A stretch of 64,000 nucleotides of DNA from Lama glama. Its lineage: Eukaryota. Of this stretch, positions 11,833 through 24,610 are shown one piece after another (within the stretch, counting starts at the first letter, position 1; each line of letters starts with the position of its first letter). The notes beneath the pieces are model-generated. The model was not told the origin of the DNA and made no database searches. It saw only the letters and a program-made list of their open reading frames with translations. The position numbers and the translations under genes were made by a program. The stretch is from assembly GCA_028534125.1 (NCBI GenBank), contig CM052816.1, positions 19,470,001-19,534,000 on the forward strand. The letters are read 5' to 3'.

Positions 11833-12637
11833 GAACACCAGTCAGAATGGCCATCATTCAAAAGTCCACGAATGATAAATGCTGGAGAGGGTGTGGAGAA
11901 AAGGGAACCCTCCATCACTGCTGGTGGGAATGCAGTTTGGTGCAGCCATTATGGAAACAGTATGGAGATTCCTCAAAAAACTAAAAACAGACCTACCATA
12001 TGATCCAGTAATCTCATTCCTGGGTATATATCAGGAGGGAACTCTAATTCGAAAAGATACATGCTCCCCAATGCTTATAGCAACACTATACACAACAGCC
12101 AAGACATGGAAGCAACCCAAATGTCTTATCAACAGATGACTGAATAAAAAAGTTGTGGTATATTTATACAATGAAATACTACTCAGCCATAAAAAAGAAT
12201 AAAATAATGCCATTTGCAGCAACATGGATGAACCTAGAAATCATCATTCTAAGTGAAGTAAGTCAGAAAGAAAAATACCATATGATATCACTCATATGTG
12301 GAATCTGAAAAAAAAGAAAAAAGACATTATGAACTCATCTACAAAACAAACAGACTCGCAGACATAGTAAACAATCTTATGGTTACCGGGGAAAGAGGGT
12401 GGGAAGGGATGAATTTGGGAGTTTGAGATTTCCAAACGTTAGCCACTATATATAAAAATAGATTTTAAAAAAGTTTCTGTTGTATAGCACAGGGAACTAT
12501 TATGTTCAATATCTTGTAATAACCTTAAATGAAAAAAAATGAAAACAAATATATGTATATACATGCATGATTGGGACATTGTGCTGTATACCAGAAATTT
12601 ACACATTATAACTGACAGTACTTAAATAAAATTTTAA
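11833..12637 (+). mobile_element. Young 5'-truncated L1
   Basis: ORF2 C-terminal remnant ([18 protein letters not shown]), 3' UTR and A-rich tail. TSD aaaaat(c/a)tttgg at 11821-11832 and 12638-12649. Confidence 0.92.
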
Positions 12638-12942
12638 AAAAATATTTGGTAATAAAATGTATAAAAGTTACCAAATCTGTAATATAGGAAACAGTTTCTA
12701 AAAACACATAGCTTTGACTTTTCCTCTGAAAAATTTCAAAGAAGTACAAGTTCAAATGTCCAGGCTCTGGACCCCCAGCAGCCACAGAGCCTGGGTGGCT
12801 CTTCTCTCCCTTCGCCCCCTGCCCACTCCACACACACGGCAAACTGACCATACCGGCCTCTCCAAGGCCAAGAGAACCAGACAAAAACCGGCTTCAGAGA
12901 GCTCAGCTTCCTTGTCACATTTCCATATGGTTTCTTAAACTT

Positions 12943-12980
12943 GAGGCTGGGGCTGGGGCTGGGGCTGGGTGGGGAGGGGA
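12943..12980 (+). repeat. (GGGGCT)n G-rich tract, potential G-quadruplex
   Basis: gaggctggggctggggctggggctgggtggggagggga has more than 4 G-runs. Confidence 0.7.
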
Positions 12981-13845
12981 AGCTTTGCTTCTCGTGACGC
13001 AGAGTGATTTTTCTGGCCTCTGAAGTGAAGTGGGGTATAAAGATGATCCCTGTTAAATCCTACTACCATAACACATGTTCCTTGGATGGATATATATACA
13101 TTCTTTTAATCTACATTCTAATCTCATTAATAACTTCATTCCAGAGTTGCCTCAAAGAACAGTTACTGCATTTTTTAAATAATAGATTACTTTATATTCC
13201 ATTTTACTCCTGTCAGTGACACACGGAGTAAATAGAGCTCAGTACTGGCTAACACCCAGAGCTTCTAGCTCAGTGGCTACAGACTCTCAGTTCAGGGGTC
13301 ACAATATGCAAATGAAAAAAGATGACCCTTGGTTCCTCCAGAATTCAGAATGTCAAATCAGGACATGGCAGGTTGAATTCTTATATTGCCCCACTTGCTG
13401 GAAGCCACGGACAAGACACTTGCCCTCTCCTTTCATTCACTGTTTGAAATGTAAGGATAAAACACAAGACGGCTCACTCAATTTTTGTGACATCTGTAAT
13501 TTAATTCACTACTTAAGGAGTAACAGCAGCTGAGATTCCAATCAACTTCAGCATCATAAGAATCGTTACATACGGTTAAAGTCATCACATTTCAGTTTAC
13601 CTACAGAGTTCATCGTTCTTTTTCTACCTTACAGCTGTTCCGCAACACAATGCATTTGTAAAGTCATCATAATTCATTCAATTTCTGGATTATAAAATGT
13701 GTGAATGCTCCCCCATGCCAATTTCTGGTCTTTCAGAATGCTATTTCTCTTTCTGAATATTATTAATAGAATTACTTGGGTTGATTTACCTTATGTACAT
13801 GATTAGATACAAAGAAAAATACCTCAGGCTCCAGTTTAAGTCATC

Positions 13846-13851
13846 TTTATT
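13846..13851 (-). terminator. PCBD2: Candidate PCBD2 proximal polyadenylation signal AATAAA
   Basis: tttatt on the + strand, 140 nt past the stop codon. Confidence 0.55.
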
Positions 13852-13990
13852 TTTTAAGAACTGATTTTTACAAAATGCAATACTTCAAAAGGTGAGCTAA
13901 ATTTACAACTTAATTTTTTCATTTAAATTGCCTTCAAAATACATTGGCGCTTAAGATGCATATAAGATTTTACATGCGTTTTAGATGAAA

Positions 13991-14086
13991 TCACACAGAA
14001 GCAGCTGCTTTTTCAATAAACTTGGCCAGTTTCACGTCTCTTTTGGTCAGTCCACCACAGTCATGCGATGTGAGAGTTATCTGGAC
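13991..14086 (-). CDS. PCBD2: PCBD2 exon 4 (last coding exon, 96 nt)
   Basis: ctttcttag|GTC. Translates [31 protein letters not shown], with TGA at 13991-13993. Confidence 0.97.
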   Translation of the reverse strand, partial: VQITLTSHDCGGLTKRDVKLAKFIEKAAASV

Positions 14087-15255
14087 CTAAGAAAGAGAGG
14101 CAGTTTTTAAAACCCTGAGCTACAATTCCGGAAAGTCTCCCTTGGTGGTTCAGAAATCAATCTACTACTCAATATTTATCTTGGAGAATTGAGGAGATTA
14201 AATGATTTAGAAAATACTGCATTATGAATAAGCAATGCATTTCTAAAACCCAGCAAACTCCAGGGGCATAGTTGGCTTCAGGCTGGGCCCAGCAGCCACC
14301 CAGGGATAAAAAGTTCTCTCATGTGAAGAGCAAATGAGCTGCCAGAATCTCAAATCTTGTCTCTTGAGAAAAAAAAAGAGAGACTGAGGTTCCATTTTAG
14401 CTCCCATTACTTTAATTACACCAACTATTTTCAGGCCACTGAGAAAAACCAAGCTATCAAATGTAGTATCTTAGCAAACATGTTAAAAAAAGCCCATTTC
14501 CAAATTAGAGAAGTGGGGTGAAGGTGGGGTGGGTGTGGTGGAGGAATACAATGCTCCTCTTGACAAATCAATTAGAAAGCAAAAGAAAAATTATGGGCAA
14601 AAAAAGGCAATTAGGCAAGAAGAGTTCCTGCAAGCTTGGAATTATTCCAATAAATCACAAGAATACTCTGAAATTTTCTTTTTTCAAAGAGACACAGAAC
14701 CACACAGGAATCTAGATGGTAAGACATTCTATATGTCATAATCATTAAGGCAAAGACACTCTTTGAGAGAGCCTGATTCTTCTCACTGGGCCCTCTTAAA
14801 ACTACTTGATTAGGTCTTTCCAGTCTGCTCTTTCTCTTAAGGTCAGGTCCTAGTGAGGAAACAGAATTTAATAAATAGTTATTATTTAAATACAATTCTT
14901 GAGCAAATTTATTTCAATGAGATAATTAAGGCTATATCTTATTTGCTATCCTGAGGGTTTAAAAATTTATCTACATGACTGATATTCAAGTTTAATTCCA
15001 GAGCCTAATTCAGCCCAAGTTTTTCCTACTAGTTTCAGTAGAAGACAAGCATGAAAATAAAGAACTTAGTCACTGTTCTCTTGAGCAGATCTGAAAATCT
15101 GTTAGCAATCTGTAGGGATTCTGAGAGAAAGAATAACTGAATATTTACCTAAGCACAAGGACACTTACCTGCACAGGATGACAACAAACAAATGAAGAAA
15201 GAAGTTTCTTAAACTCTATAATGAGGGTGATCCCAAAATAAGGCAATTTATTTAC

Positions 15256-15336
15256 CTTGTTGTACACATTGAACCACTCCGGGTGATGATTCATCTTCTC
15301 TGCTTGTAGGGCAACTCGGGACATAAAGCCAAAAGC
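15256..15336 (-). CDS. PCBD2: PCBD2 exon 3 (81 nt; catalytic HHPEW motif)
   Basis: atgcag|GCT...AAG|gtaaat. Translates [31 protein letters not shown] rather than FMTR is typical of DCoH2/PCBD2. Confidence 0.97.
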
Positions 15337-16779
15337 CTGCATAAGATGAAGTCCAAAGTGATGACCAAGAGTCTTCTGCCCCAGACCAGAGAGAAAACAT
15401 GAGGGCAATCCAACCAGATAAAGATATGGCTAGGACCCTTAGGGAAGCCTGGGAAGTCGAATATGGAAGGGAATCCTCTCCACAGAGCTGGGGGAGCGGT
15501 GTAGCTGGACTGTGACCAGCTGCTCAATGGTGAAAAACAATCAGGCTCAAATAAACAAAGCAGGAAATTGGTCTCACCCAGTGACCTGTCTGGACTGTTT
15601 AATTGTCCTCAGGACGAGACTCTCCAAAATAGCACAGGAATAATTTCCCTTCAACCCAGTATCCTGGATCTCACTACCTGGCCCCAAATCTTAGGAGTCA
15701 CTTCTGCAGAACTGCTCCTTTTGTTTGTAGGGACTGGATTGCTAACTAAGGCATCAACCACAAAGACTATGGAAAAAGGTCTTGCGAGTGTGTCTTGAGC
15801 AAAAACTCTCGCAGAAATGAACAACCAGCCCATCGCCCAGGCAGGACAGGAGGGGATGAAAGATTATTTTCACTGACGTCCAGAGTGGGACAGAAGGACG
15901 GGCTTGCCCGCTCAGGGTCTTCTTGGTACTGCCCAGCACTGCTATTTCAAAGAGAAAGCACCCTGCCGCAGGGCAGAGGGCTGCAGACCCAGTCACACGC
16001 CTAAGTGGAGACCTGTCTTCACACCACAAGGAAAGTGCAAACCTAAATTTTGTTAAGCAGAAGGCAAACTTATCCTGAAAGGGGGAAAAAAACTTCCTTT
16101 TTTTGCTTGCTTTCAAATTTTTATGAGGGTAATTGCAAACAATAGGAGAGTTTGTCTTTTTCGTGTCCAGAAGGCAGAAATATTTGGTAAGACTCTAAGG
16201 TAATGGTACATTAATTACAAAGTTACAGTGGAATTCACAGGGCAGTACCCATTATAGCCACATAAATAAATACTTAACTTCGTTACCCTTATCCAGAAAA
16301 ATCAATCTGATGTTAGGTTATGTTTTTTGGATCACCAAATGACATAAGAGTGCATTTCCAAGTTAACAGTGAGAAATATGGAAGATACCATTTTCAAACA
16401 GTTCTGTCATTCATGATTCCTATCTCAGAATTGGTTTTATTCATGACAGAGTTCCATTTTGACATTTAATGCCTAATGGTTTTCTCTATTAAGAAAAGGA
16501 AGGAAGTTCAAGAAAAATCCATTTAACCATGTATGGAATCATAAATGGGAAAACAATATTCACTCTCCTACCCCTTCTCATTTCATAATCTGATTCTCTA
16601 GATTGTGAGAGGAAGGGATAAGTTGAATGAGAGAGTTTGTTTTAATTATTCACACAGAGTTAAGCTGTTTTAAATGATATACTATGAACAATTTGACCCT
16701 GTTTGCCTATAAGGCCTTATTTTCACTTAGCTTTAGAAAATTTACAATCTCATCACCACCCCTGAGAGACAGTAATAAA

Positions 16780-17000
16780 GACACTAGGGACATGGGCTTT
16801 TGAATGAGAGAGTCCTGGATTCATATTCCAATTCTACTACTCAACTGTCATGTGATTTAACTCCGAGCCTCAATTTTCTTTCAGTAAATTGGGTATAATA
16901 ATTAAAAGCTCACATAATTACTTAAACTAAAAACGAGGTACAGGATATAAAAGCATTTAGCACAGCACCTGGCACAGAGTAAGAGAGTACAAAAGGCACA
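16780..17000. mobile_element. MIR SINE
   Basis: ggctttgaat...tcctggattcatattcc...gagcctcaattttct...aaagcatttagcacagcacctggcacagagtaag. Confidence 0.7.
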
Positions 17001-18149
17001 TACTGCTACCACAACTGCTTCTGGCCAAACTGCCTACCATAAACCTTATAAAACATAATAGGAGGTGAGCCCTCCCACAGCCATGAGAATCTAAGACTCC
17101 AGTTGCTGTCCACCAGAAGAATGGCCCTCTCCTTTCCCATGTGCCATGAGTAGAGACTGACACACATATACCAGATAAATAGGTAATATACTGTGGCATA
17201 ACACCCTGATACACACTAACTGGGGAAAACACTTCCATACCAAGAAATGAGGTGGGCACAGCCAGTCACCGTCCAAGTCCTTAAGCCCTGTGGCCACAAT
17301 TTCTTTGAATCATGCTATCCTCAAACGTCCAAAGTGACGCTTAGAATCCTTTACCATTGCCCAAGAGCCAAATGGACAAGTGGATGATGTGAACATGATC
17401 AGAAGTGCTCCTCAAATCTTTGACCACCAGCATGCTATCAGCATAGTCACAAAATCTATTCCATCACAAATGACTTAAAGGAGAATACCCACATCCTAAG
17501 AGGTACATTGATCAATGAAAAAGCATCTACCCTATCTACATACAATGTTAAAAAACAAAAAGAGCACATTCAAAGGACCTCCAAATTTGTATTTTCCTCA
17601 GCTTTACATATTTCCCTTCAACTGTCATCTAATACTTGCATTTAATAAAATATCACAAAGCCTGATAAACCATTTACGCATGACTTAATCCTAATTCTTC
17701 CTTGGGGAAAGAAAACTCAATCTGCTCTGGGAGCAAAGAGACAACTCCATAATCCTTCTTCCACATAATGTAACCAAATAATCTTTCAAATATTTATTTT
17801 TAAATTCACAAATTAAAAACATCCATAACAATATAAATTCAAATTAAAGTAAAAAAATTCCTGCAAGGAAGTGAGATGAGTAGGCAGGAGAGGGAAAAAG
17901 CAAAACCTCAAAGGGGAATTTTGATTATTTGGAATATAATAAAGAATAAATATGACTAAACAGCAGACTTGGCAGATAGTGAAAAGCATCTGTCTCTTCT
18001 TTCAAAGATTTATTTTTACAGCCCTACCTACTTGTTACCATGAGGGCAGTTGGAATCTAAAGATCTCAAGCTAGCTAAAAGCACAGGCTTTCTAAAACCA
18101 TTCCACCAAAGAAAGCTGCCCAAAGTAGAATAGATACCATCAACTCCGT

Positions 18150-21100
18150 AAAAAGCTTTGAGGACAGAACTGAGAAAATGGGCAAATGAAGTAGACATTA
18201 AGAGTTTATAAGAATTAGAAAATAATACAGAAGACAAAGTAGATCTACCACATAGATAACAGTCAATCAGAGAACAACCAAAAAAAAAAAAAAAACCCAG
18301 AAAAAAAACTAGAGATGTAATTCAAGAAAAATTTTCAGAAAGAAACAATTTAAATTGTATCTATACATTGTAAGAACTCAGTCATGTCTACAAATCCTAG
18401 TAAAGTTAGTAAATTTCAAGATAAAAAAAAAATCCCTTTAGCATCTAGTCAAAAAGATCAATTCACCAATAACAATGCAAAGAATCTGACTGACTTCAAA
18501 CTTCCACACATCAACATTCAACACAGAAGTCAGAGTAGCAATGCCCATAAATACTTCAGGAAATGAATGTGCAAAGAATTTTATACCCAGCTAAACTGTT
18601 GTTCAAAATTAATGCAGGAGACATACATTGTTTTGAATGCAGTAACTCAGGGAATAATTCCCATCACCCTTCCTAAGGAAACTTATTAAAGGATGAAATA
18701 TAAGTAACCAAAAGATGAATGGAGAAACTATACCAAAGGTATTGGCAGTTAGTAATAAATTCACTCAGCTCTAGGAATACATTTAAAACACTTGTGGGGA
18801 TTACAGTCATGGAACAAAATGTAAATGTTATAAGCTATTAAAAGGGTGGAAGGAAATAGAAATAGGGAAGGTACATGAAAGTAAAAAAAAAAATCTTTGA
18901 AGTTGCAAAGAAATATTTAAACTTCAAAAAAAACTCTGAAAGCTAAAAGATCAAATGTTAGATATAAGTATAGTTAAAGGTATAAAACATAAGCACTAGA
19001 ACTAAAAAATAATATGAACTAAAACTGTATGGTGAAGAGAAAACAGGAGTGTAATTTTGACACTGCTTAATGGGAAGACCACTATCTAAAGAAATGCTTT
19101 CTAAAGAAATGGAGGACTATATTAGCTATGTAAAATTATAGGTGTAATAGTATCCACAAGAAGAACAAAAATAAAAATAGAAATATTCATAATTAAATAA
19201 AGAAAAACATGATTAAAATGAAACAAGCAAACAAACAAAAAAAAACCCCAAGATCTTTATAATGACTTAAATTAAGTAAGAAAAAAGTATATTGGTTCTG
19301 TCATGTTTTTAAGACCAAACATTTTTCCAATCAATAAACATAGAGCCTAAATCCAAATAATTAAAAGAAAACTTTACAGTGGATCACAAAGCAAAACTCG
19401 GTCACTAGAAATAAAAGGACAAAGGCAAATGTAAGAAATTTTTAAGAAATCATAAGGGTTTTTTTCATAGAACTAGAATAATCCTAAAATTCATATGGAA
19501 TCACAAAAGACCCAGAATTGTCAAAGCAACACTGAAGTAAAGAATGAAACTGGAGCCATAACTCCTCCTCCAGGCTTCAAACAATACTACAAAGCTACAG
19601 TAATTAAAACAACATGGTACTGTCACTAAAATAGACATACATATCAATGGAGCAGAATACAGAGTCTGGAAATAAACTCACATACCTACAGTCAATTAAT
19701 CTTTGACAAAGGAGGCGAGAATATACAATGGGGAAAAGACAGTCTCTTCAGCAAGTGGTGTTGGGAAGCTGGACAGCCACATGTAAATCAGTGAAGTTAC
19801 AGTACTCCCTCACACCACACACTAAAATAAATTCAAAATGGCTTGAAGACTTAAACATAAGACAGGACACTAGTAATCTTGAAGAGAACGTAGGAAAAAC
19901 ATTCTCTGACATAAACTATAGCAATGTTTTCCTAGGTCAGTCTTCCAAGGCAATAGAAATAAAAACAAAAATAAACAAATAGGACTAACTAAACTTACAA
20001 GCTTTTGCACAGCAAAGGAAACCATAAACAAAATGAAAAGGCAACCTACAGAATAGGTGAAAATATTTGCAAATGATGCAGCAGACTAGGGCTTAACTTC
20101 TAGAATATACAAACAGCTCATACAACTCAGTAACAAAAAAACAAACAATCTAATCAAAAAATGGGCAGAAGACCTAAACAGACTTTTCTCCAATGAAAAC
20201 ATACAGATGGCCAATAGGCACATGAAAAGATGCTCAATATCACTAATTACCAGAAAAATGCAAATCGAAATGATACCTACAATGAGGTATCACCTCACAC
20301 CAATCAGAATGGCCATCATTAAACAGTCCAAAAATGATAAATGCTGGAGAGGGTGTGGAGAAATGGGAACTCTCTTACCCCGTCAGTGGGAATGTAAATT
20401 GGTGCAGCCACTATGGAAAACAGTATGGAGATTCCTTAAAAAACTAAAAACAGACTTACCATATGATCCAGCAATCCCATTCCTGGGCAGGTATCAGGAG
20501 AAAACTCTAATTTGAAGAGATACATGCACCCAATGCTCATAGTAGCACACTTTACAATAGCCAACACACAGAAGCAACCTAAATATCCATTGACAGATGA
20601 TTGGATAAAGAAGATGTGGTATATACACACAATGGAATACTACTCAGCCATAAAAAGAATAAAATAATGCCATTTGCAGCAACATGGATAGACCTAGAGA
20701 TTATCACACTAAGTGAAGTAAGCCAGACAGACAAATATCATGATATCGCTTATATGTGGAATCTAAAAAATGATACAAATGAACTTATTTACAGAACAGA
20801 AACAGACTCACAGATACAGAAAACAAACTTATGGTAACCAAAGGGCAAAAGCAGCAGGCAGCGGGGAGGGATAAATTAGGAGATCACAATTAGAAGATAC
20901 AAACTACTATATACAGAAGAGATGAACAACAAGGTCCTACTGTATAGCACAGGGAACTATAATCAGTCTTTTGTAATAACCTATAACAAAAAACAGTATG
21001 AAAAAGAATATATATGTATAGTTATAAACACTATGCTGTACACCAAAAACTAAAACAACATTGTAAATTAACTATACTTCAATTTAAAAAAAATTAATTT

Positions 21101-22880
21101 TAAACAAATACAAATTTACACAAATAAATTATAAAACATAGGTAAAATAGTTCTCTGACCCTAGAAGCTAAAAAAAAAAATCTAAATAATTAAATATCTA
21201 TAAAAGAGAAACATCTCTAAGAGTAACACCAAAAAATAACAGTTCCAAATCATTTCACAGAGGAATTATACCAAAGCTATAAGGAACAGTTAACTCTAAT
21301 ACTAATTAACTGCTCCAGAATATAGAAGAAGGATATTTCTAAATTATTTTTATAAACTATCATAACATTGTCTCCAAACTCCCACAGAGATAGCATATAA
21401 TAATGAAACTATAGACTGATCTCATATGGAAATCTTAATAAACAAAACTCTGCAATGCATTGAAAGAACAAAGCACCATGAGCAAATAGGATTTATTCTA
21501 AGAATGCAAGGATGGTTCAGTATTAGGGAATCAGTAATATAATTTACCATATTAATGAACCAAGAAAGAAAAATCATATATGACTTCCATAAATACTGAA
21601 AAGATATTTGATAAATTCAATATTTATTATGTATTAAATAAGAATATATACGCCCCTCCTTAAATGATAAAATACATTCTCAGTTCAAAAGGCAACATTT
21701 TTTCTTAACAGAGAAACACTAGAAGAATTCCCATTAAAGTCAAGAATAAAACAAGTCCAAAAAAATCAAGTCTTTTTATAAAAACAACGAATTATAAAAT
21801 ATATTGGAAGAACAGTTCCCATGTAAAATGGCACCCAAAATTATCTAGAAGCAAACCTAGCAAGAAATGTATAAATTCTATATGTAAAGAAAACTTTAAA
21901 CCACTACTAAAAATAAACAAATCTTACTAAATTCAATTTTTTTTTCTGTAAGGCAATATAAATCAACAAACAAAATTAAAAGACAGACAACAGTACATAT
22001 TTACTAACTATATAAAGAGCTCTGACAAATTAATAAGAAAAAGACCAAACACTCAATTTTTTTAAATGGGCAAGTAAAATAGAAAAAATAGATAACAGAA
22101 AAGAAAACAAATGGTTCTTAAACGTAAATACTGCTCAATCTCATACCTGATAGGAGAAGTACAGGTTAAAACTAAGTTATATGTCAATTTTATTTCAATA
22201 AATTGGGGTGGGGGTAACTAACTTAAACCTATTGGTTGGCAAAGATCAAAAAGTTTGATAATATTCTGTTAATGAAGATATAGGAGAAAAGGAACTCACA
22301 TTATTGGTGAAAATAAACTGATATAATAATCACTATGGAAGAAAATTCAACAATATCTATCAAAATAAAAAATGCCTCTGCCCTTGGGAAAAAGTATGAC
22401 TATGTCTTTCAGCCAAGCAATTCCACTTCTGGGAATATATCCTGTAGACCTACTCATACATAAACTACAAGAATGGTCACTGCAGCACAACCTATAATGG
22501 CGACAGACTTGAAAGAACCAATGACTATCAACAGGAAACTAATTAAAATATATTACAGTACAATTATTCCTGGAATACTACATAGCCATTAAGAAGAATA
22601 AGAAAACTACTTATCATGTGACATGGAAATACCTTCAAGATACATTACTAAATGGAAAAAATGCATAACAATCATCTAAGAATTGTATAAAAAGGGAAGA
22701 AAACAAACTATATGCATTAGTATCTCTGGAATGATACATAATATCTGGTAATAATGAATGATGGGGGGAGGTGAGGGAGAGCTGGGTGGTTGAGAATGAG
22801 GAACAGGAAGAGGCTTACTATACTCCTTGGTACCTTTGGACTTTTGTACCAGTATATACATAATCTATTTTTAAAGTTAG
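18150..22880 (+). mobile_element. Old degraded L1M, interrupted by a young L1 at ~19455-21100
   Basis: Very A-rich sequence with ORF1/ORF2-like remnants (ggatttattctaagaatgcaaggatggttcagtattaggg; agcaattccacttctgggaatatatcct). Bounds approximate. Confidence 0.7.
19455..21100 (+). mobile_element. Young L1, ~1.6 kb 3' portion (ORF2 distal part plus 3' UTR)
   Basis: ORFs 19728-19982, 20207-20515 and 20601-20837 are frameshifted L1 ORF2p pieces ([39 protein letters not shown]). A-rich tail near 21085. Confidence 0.92.
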
Positions 22881-24419
22881 TTAGCTTGGGGAAAAATGAA
22901 GAAGCCATGCAAATGAAGGTCTCACTCTAAAGGGAGCTGGGATCCTGCAATGTATGTAACCTGGTTCATATTAAAATATTTTGGCTCACGTTAACTTCTT
23001 AACATATGCCTACCTGTTTAGGTGGGGTTTTAGTGCCAATTTACAGCATAGTTTGTCTATGAGCCATGTTCCGTTGAGCCACGGCCATTTCAAACAAACA
23101 TATGTCCAACAAATAGCATATAATGGCTGATAATGGTTTCAGTCTTTCCCCTATTGCAAATTACAAACGTTTTATGAACAAGTCCATGAATGCATGATGA
23201 AGTATGACTTTTTAAGTCACTCTGCCATTTTAAGGAATGTAAGCATTACAATCACAGTAAATTGGGCCAATGAAGTTTGTCATTTGGAAATCTCCAAACC
23301 ATCAGCAATTAAAAGATTTTTCCATGAACCCCAAAATCAGTATCCTTTGGAAACTTTAATTTTTCTTAAAGTTTCTTTTGTTTCAGTTTATTCCATGAAA
23401 ATATGAAAGACTATCAGATGCACAAAACCAAAACAAAAATCCTGTATCAATCTGTGAAATGTTTTACAGCATCCTGAATTTAAAACACAGTTTCAGTCCA
23501 AATAACATGTATGATTTATTATAGTTTTAAGGCTTAACTTTTAGCACATATTTACAGTACCTATCTGTCATTACTCAGAGCAATTCTCTTTGATATACAT
23601 TCTTTAAATCAGCTGCCTTTTATATTCTGATTATAGACTATTTTAATTATGCACTAAAAAAGAACATATCTCCCACTAAGAAAATGAACACCAGCAACTC
23701 CCAAGTAATTTCCCCAGTACAACCTCCATTAAGCCTCTAAATACTTCCTTTACTAATTCAATGAATTAGAACTCTATTGTTTATGAATCACCTTTATGTT
23801 TGTAGGCCTATAACCCTTCTTTCATAAAATACAATTGCTATGGAAGGAAATGATATTTATGTCTGATTAGAAATGAAAACACTATTACAGAGATCAGTTT
23901 GGGCATTTCTTCACGTCTTGAAACATGATCGGCAATTTAGTCTAATTGGTGATCAAGGAAACTATCTTGTGATCAATTAAAGTAATTACCAGATTCCGGC
24001 AACACAACCTACCTTAATTTCAGCTAGAGCCTGCACTTCTTCAACTTTAATTAAAAATAATGAAAATTATTAAGCAAAATGCACAGCAAGATCATTGCCA
24101 AGCACGCACATGTCACAGGACGGGACCTTCCCTTGGTGTTGGTGACTGATCAATCACACAAACATTGCTTGGTGCACCAAGGAAAGGCGTATTTTGCTCC
24201 GGAATATGATTACATGTGTCACAATTACTTTCTCGTGGAAAACACTGTTAACTGTTCTAACCACTGCAAAGAGAACATCAGATGTTAATTTTCAGGCAAC
24301 AGAAAAATATTCTCGACTAGCAACATGAGAAGTGTAAGGAACAGATCCAACCAAAGATGTATTTGATCATGTTTCTTTTCTCCAAATTATCACTGGTATT
24401 TTGACACAGTTGTCAACTG

Positions 24420-24610
24420 CAAAGACTTTAGGGTCAGAGACCTAGGTTGAAGTCCTAGCTCTGATATTCACTAGCTATGTGACCTCAGAGAAATTACTTA
24501 ACATTTAAAATGAGCCTCAGTTTCCTCATATGTAAAAAGGGGATAATTCGTGTAACAGACTTTACAGTATGACAGGCATTCTATTAGGCACTCAGTTAAT
24601 GTTAGTGTTT
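24420..24610. mobile_element. MIR SINE
   Basis: gtcagagacctaggttgaagtcctagctctg...tgtgacctcagagaaattacttaac...gagcctcagtttcctcatatgtaaaagggg. Confidence 0.8.

Noticed and set aside
19728..20837. Cluster of ORFs resembling one another and ORFs at 5094-5799, 11879-12139 and 42289-42800
   Set aside because: These are frameshifted L1 ORF2/3' UTR remnants, none full length.
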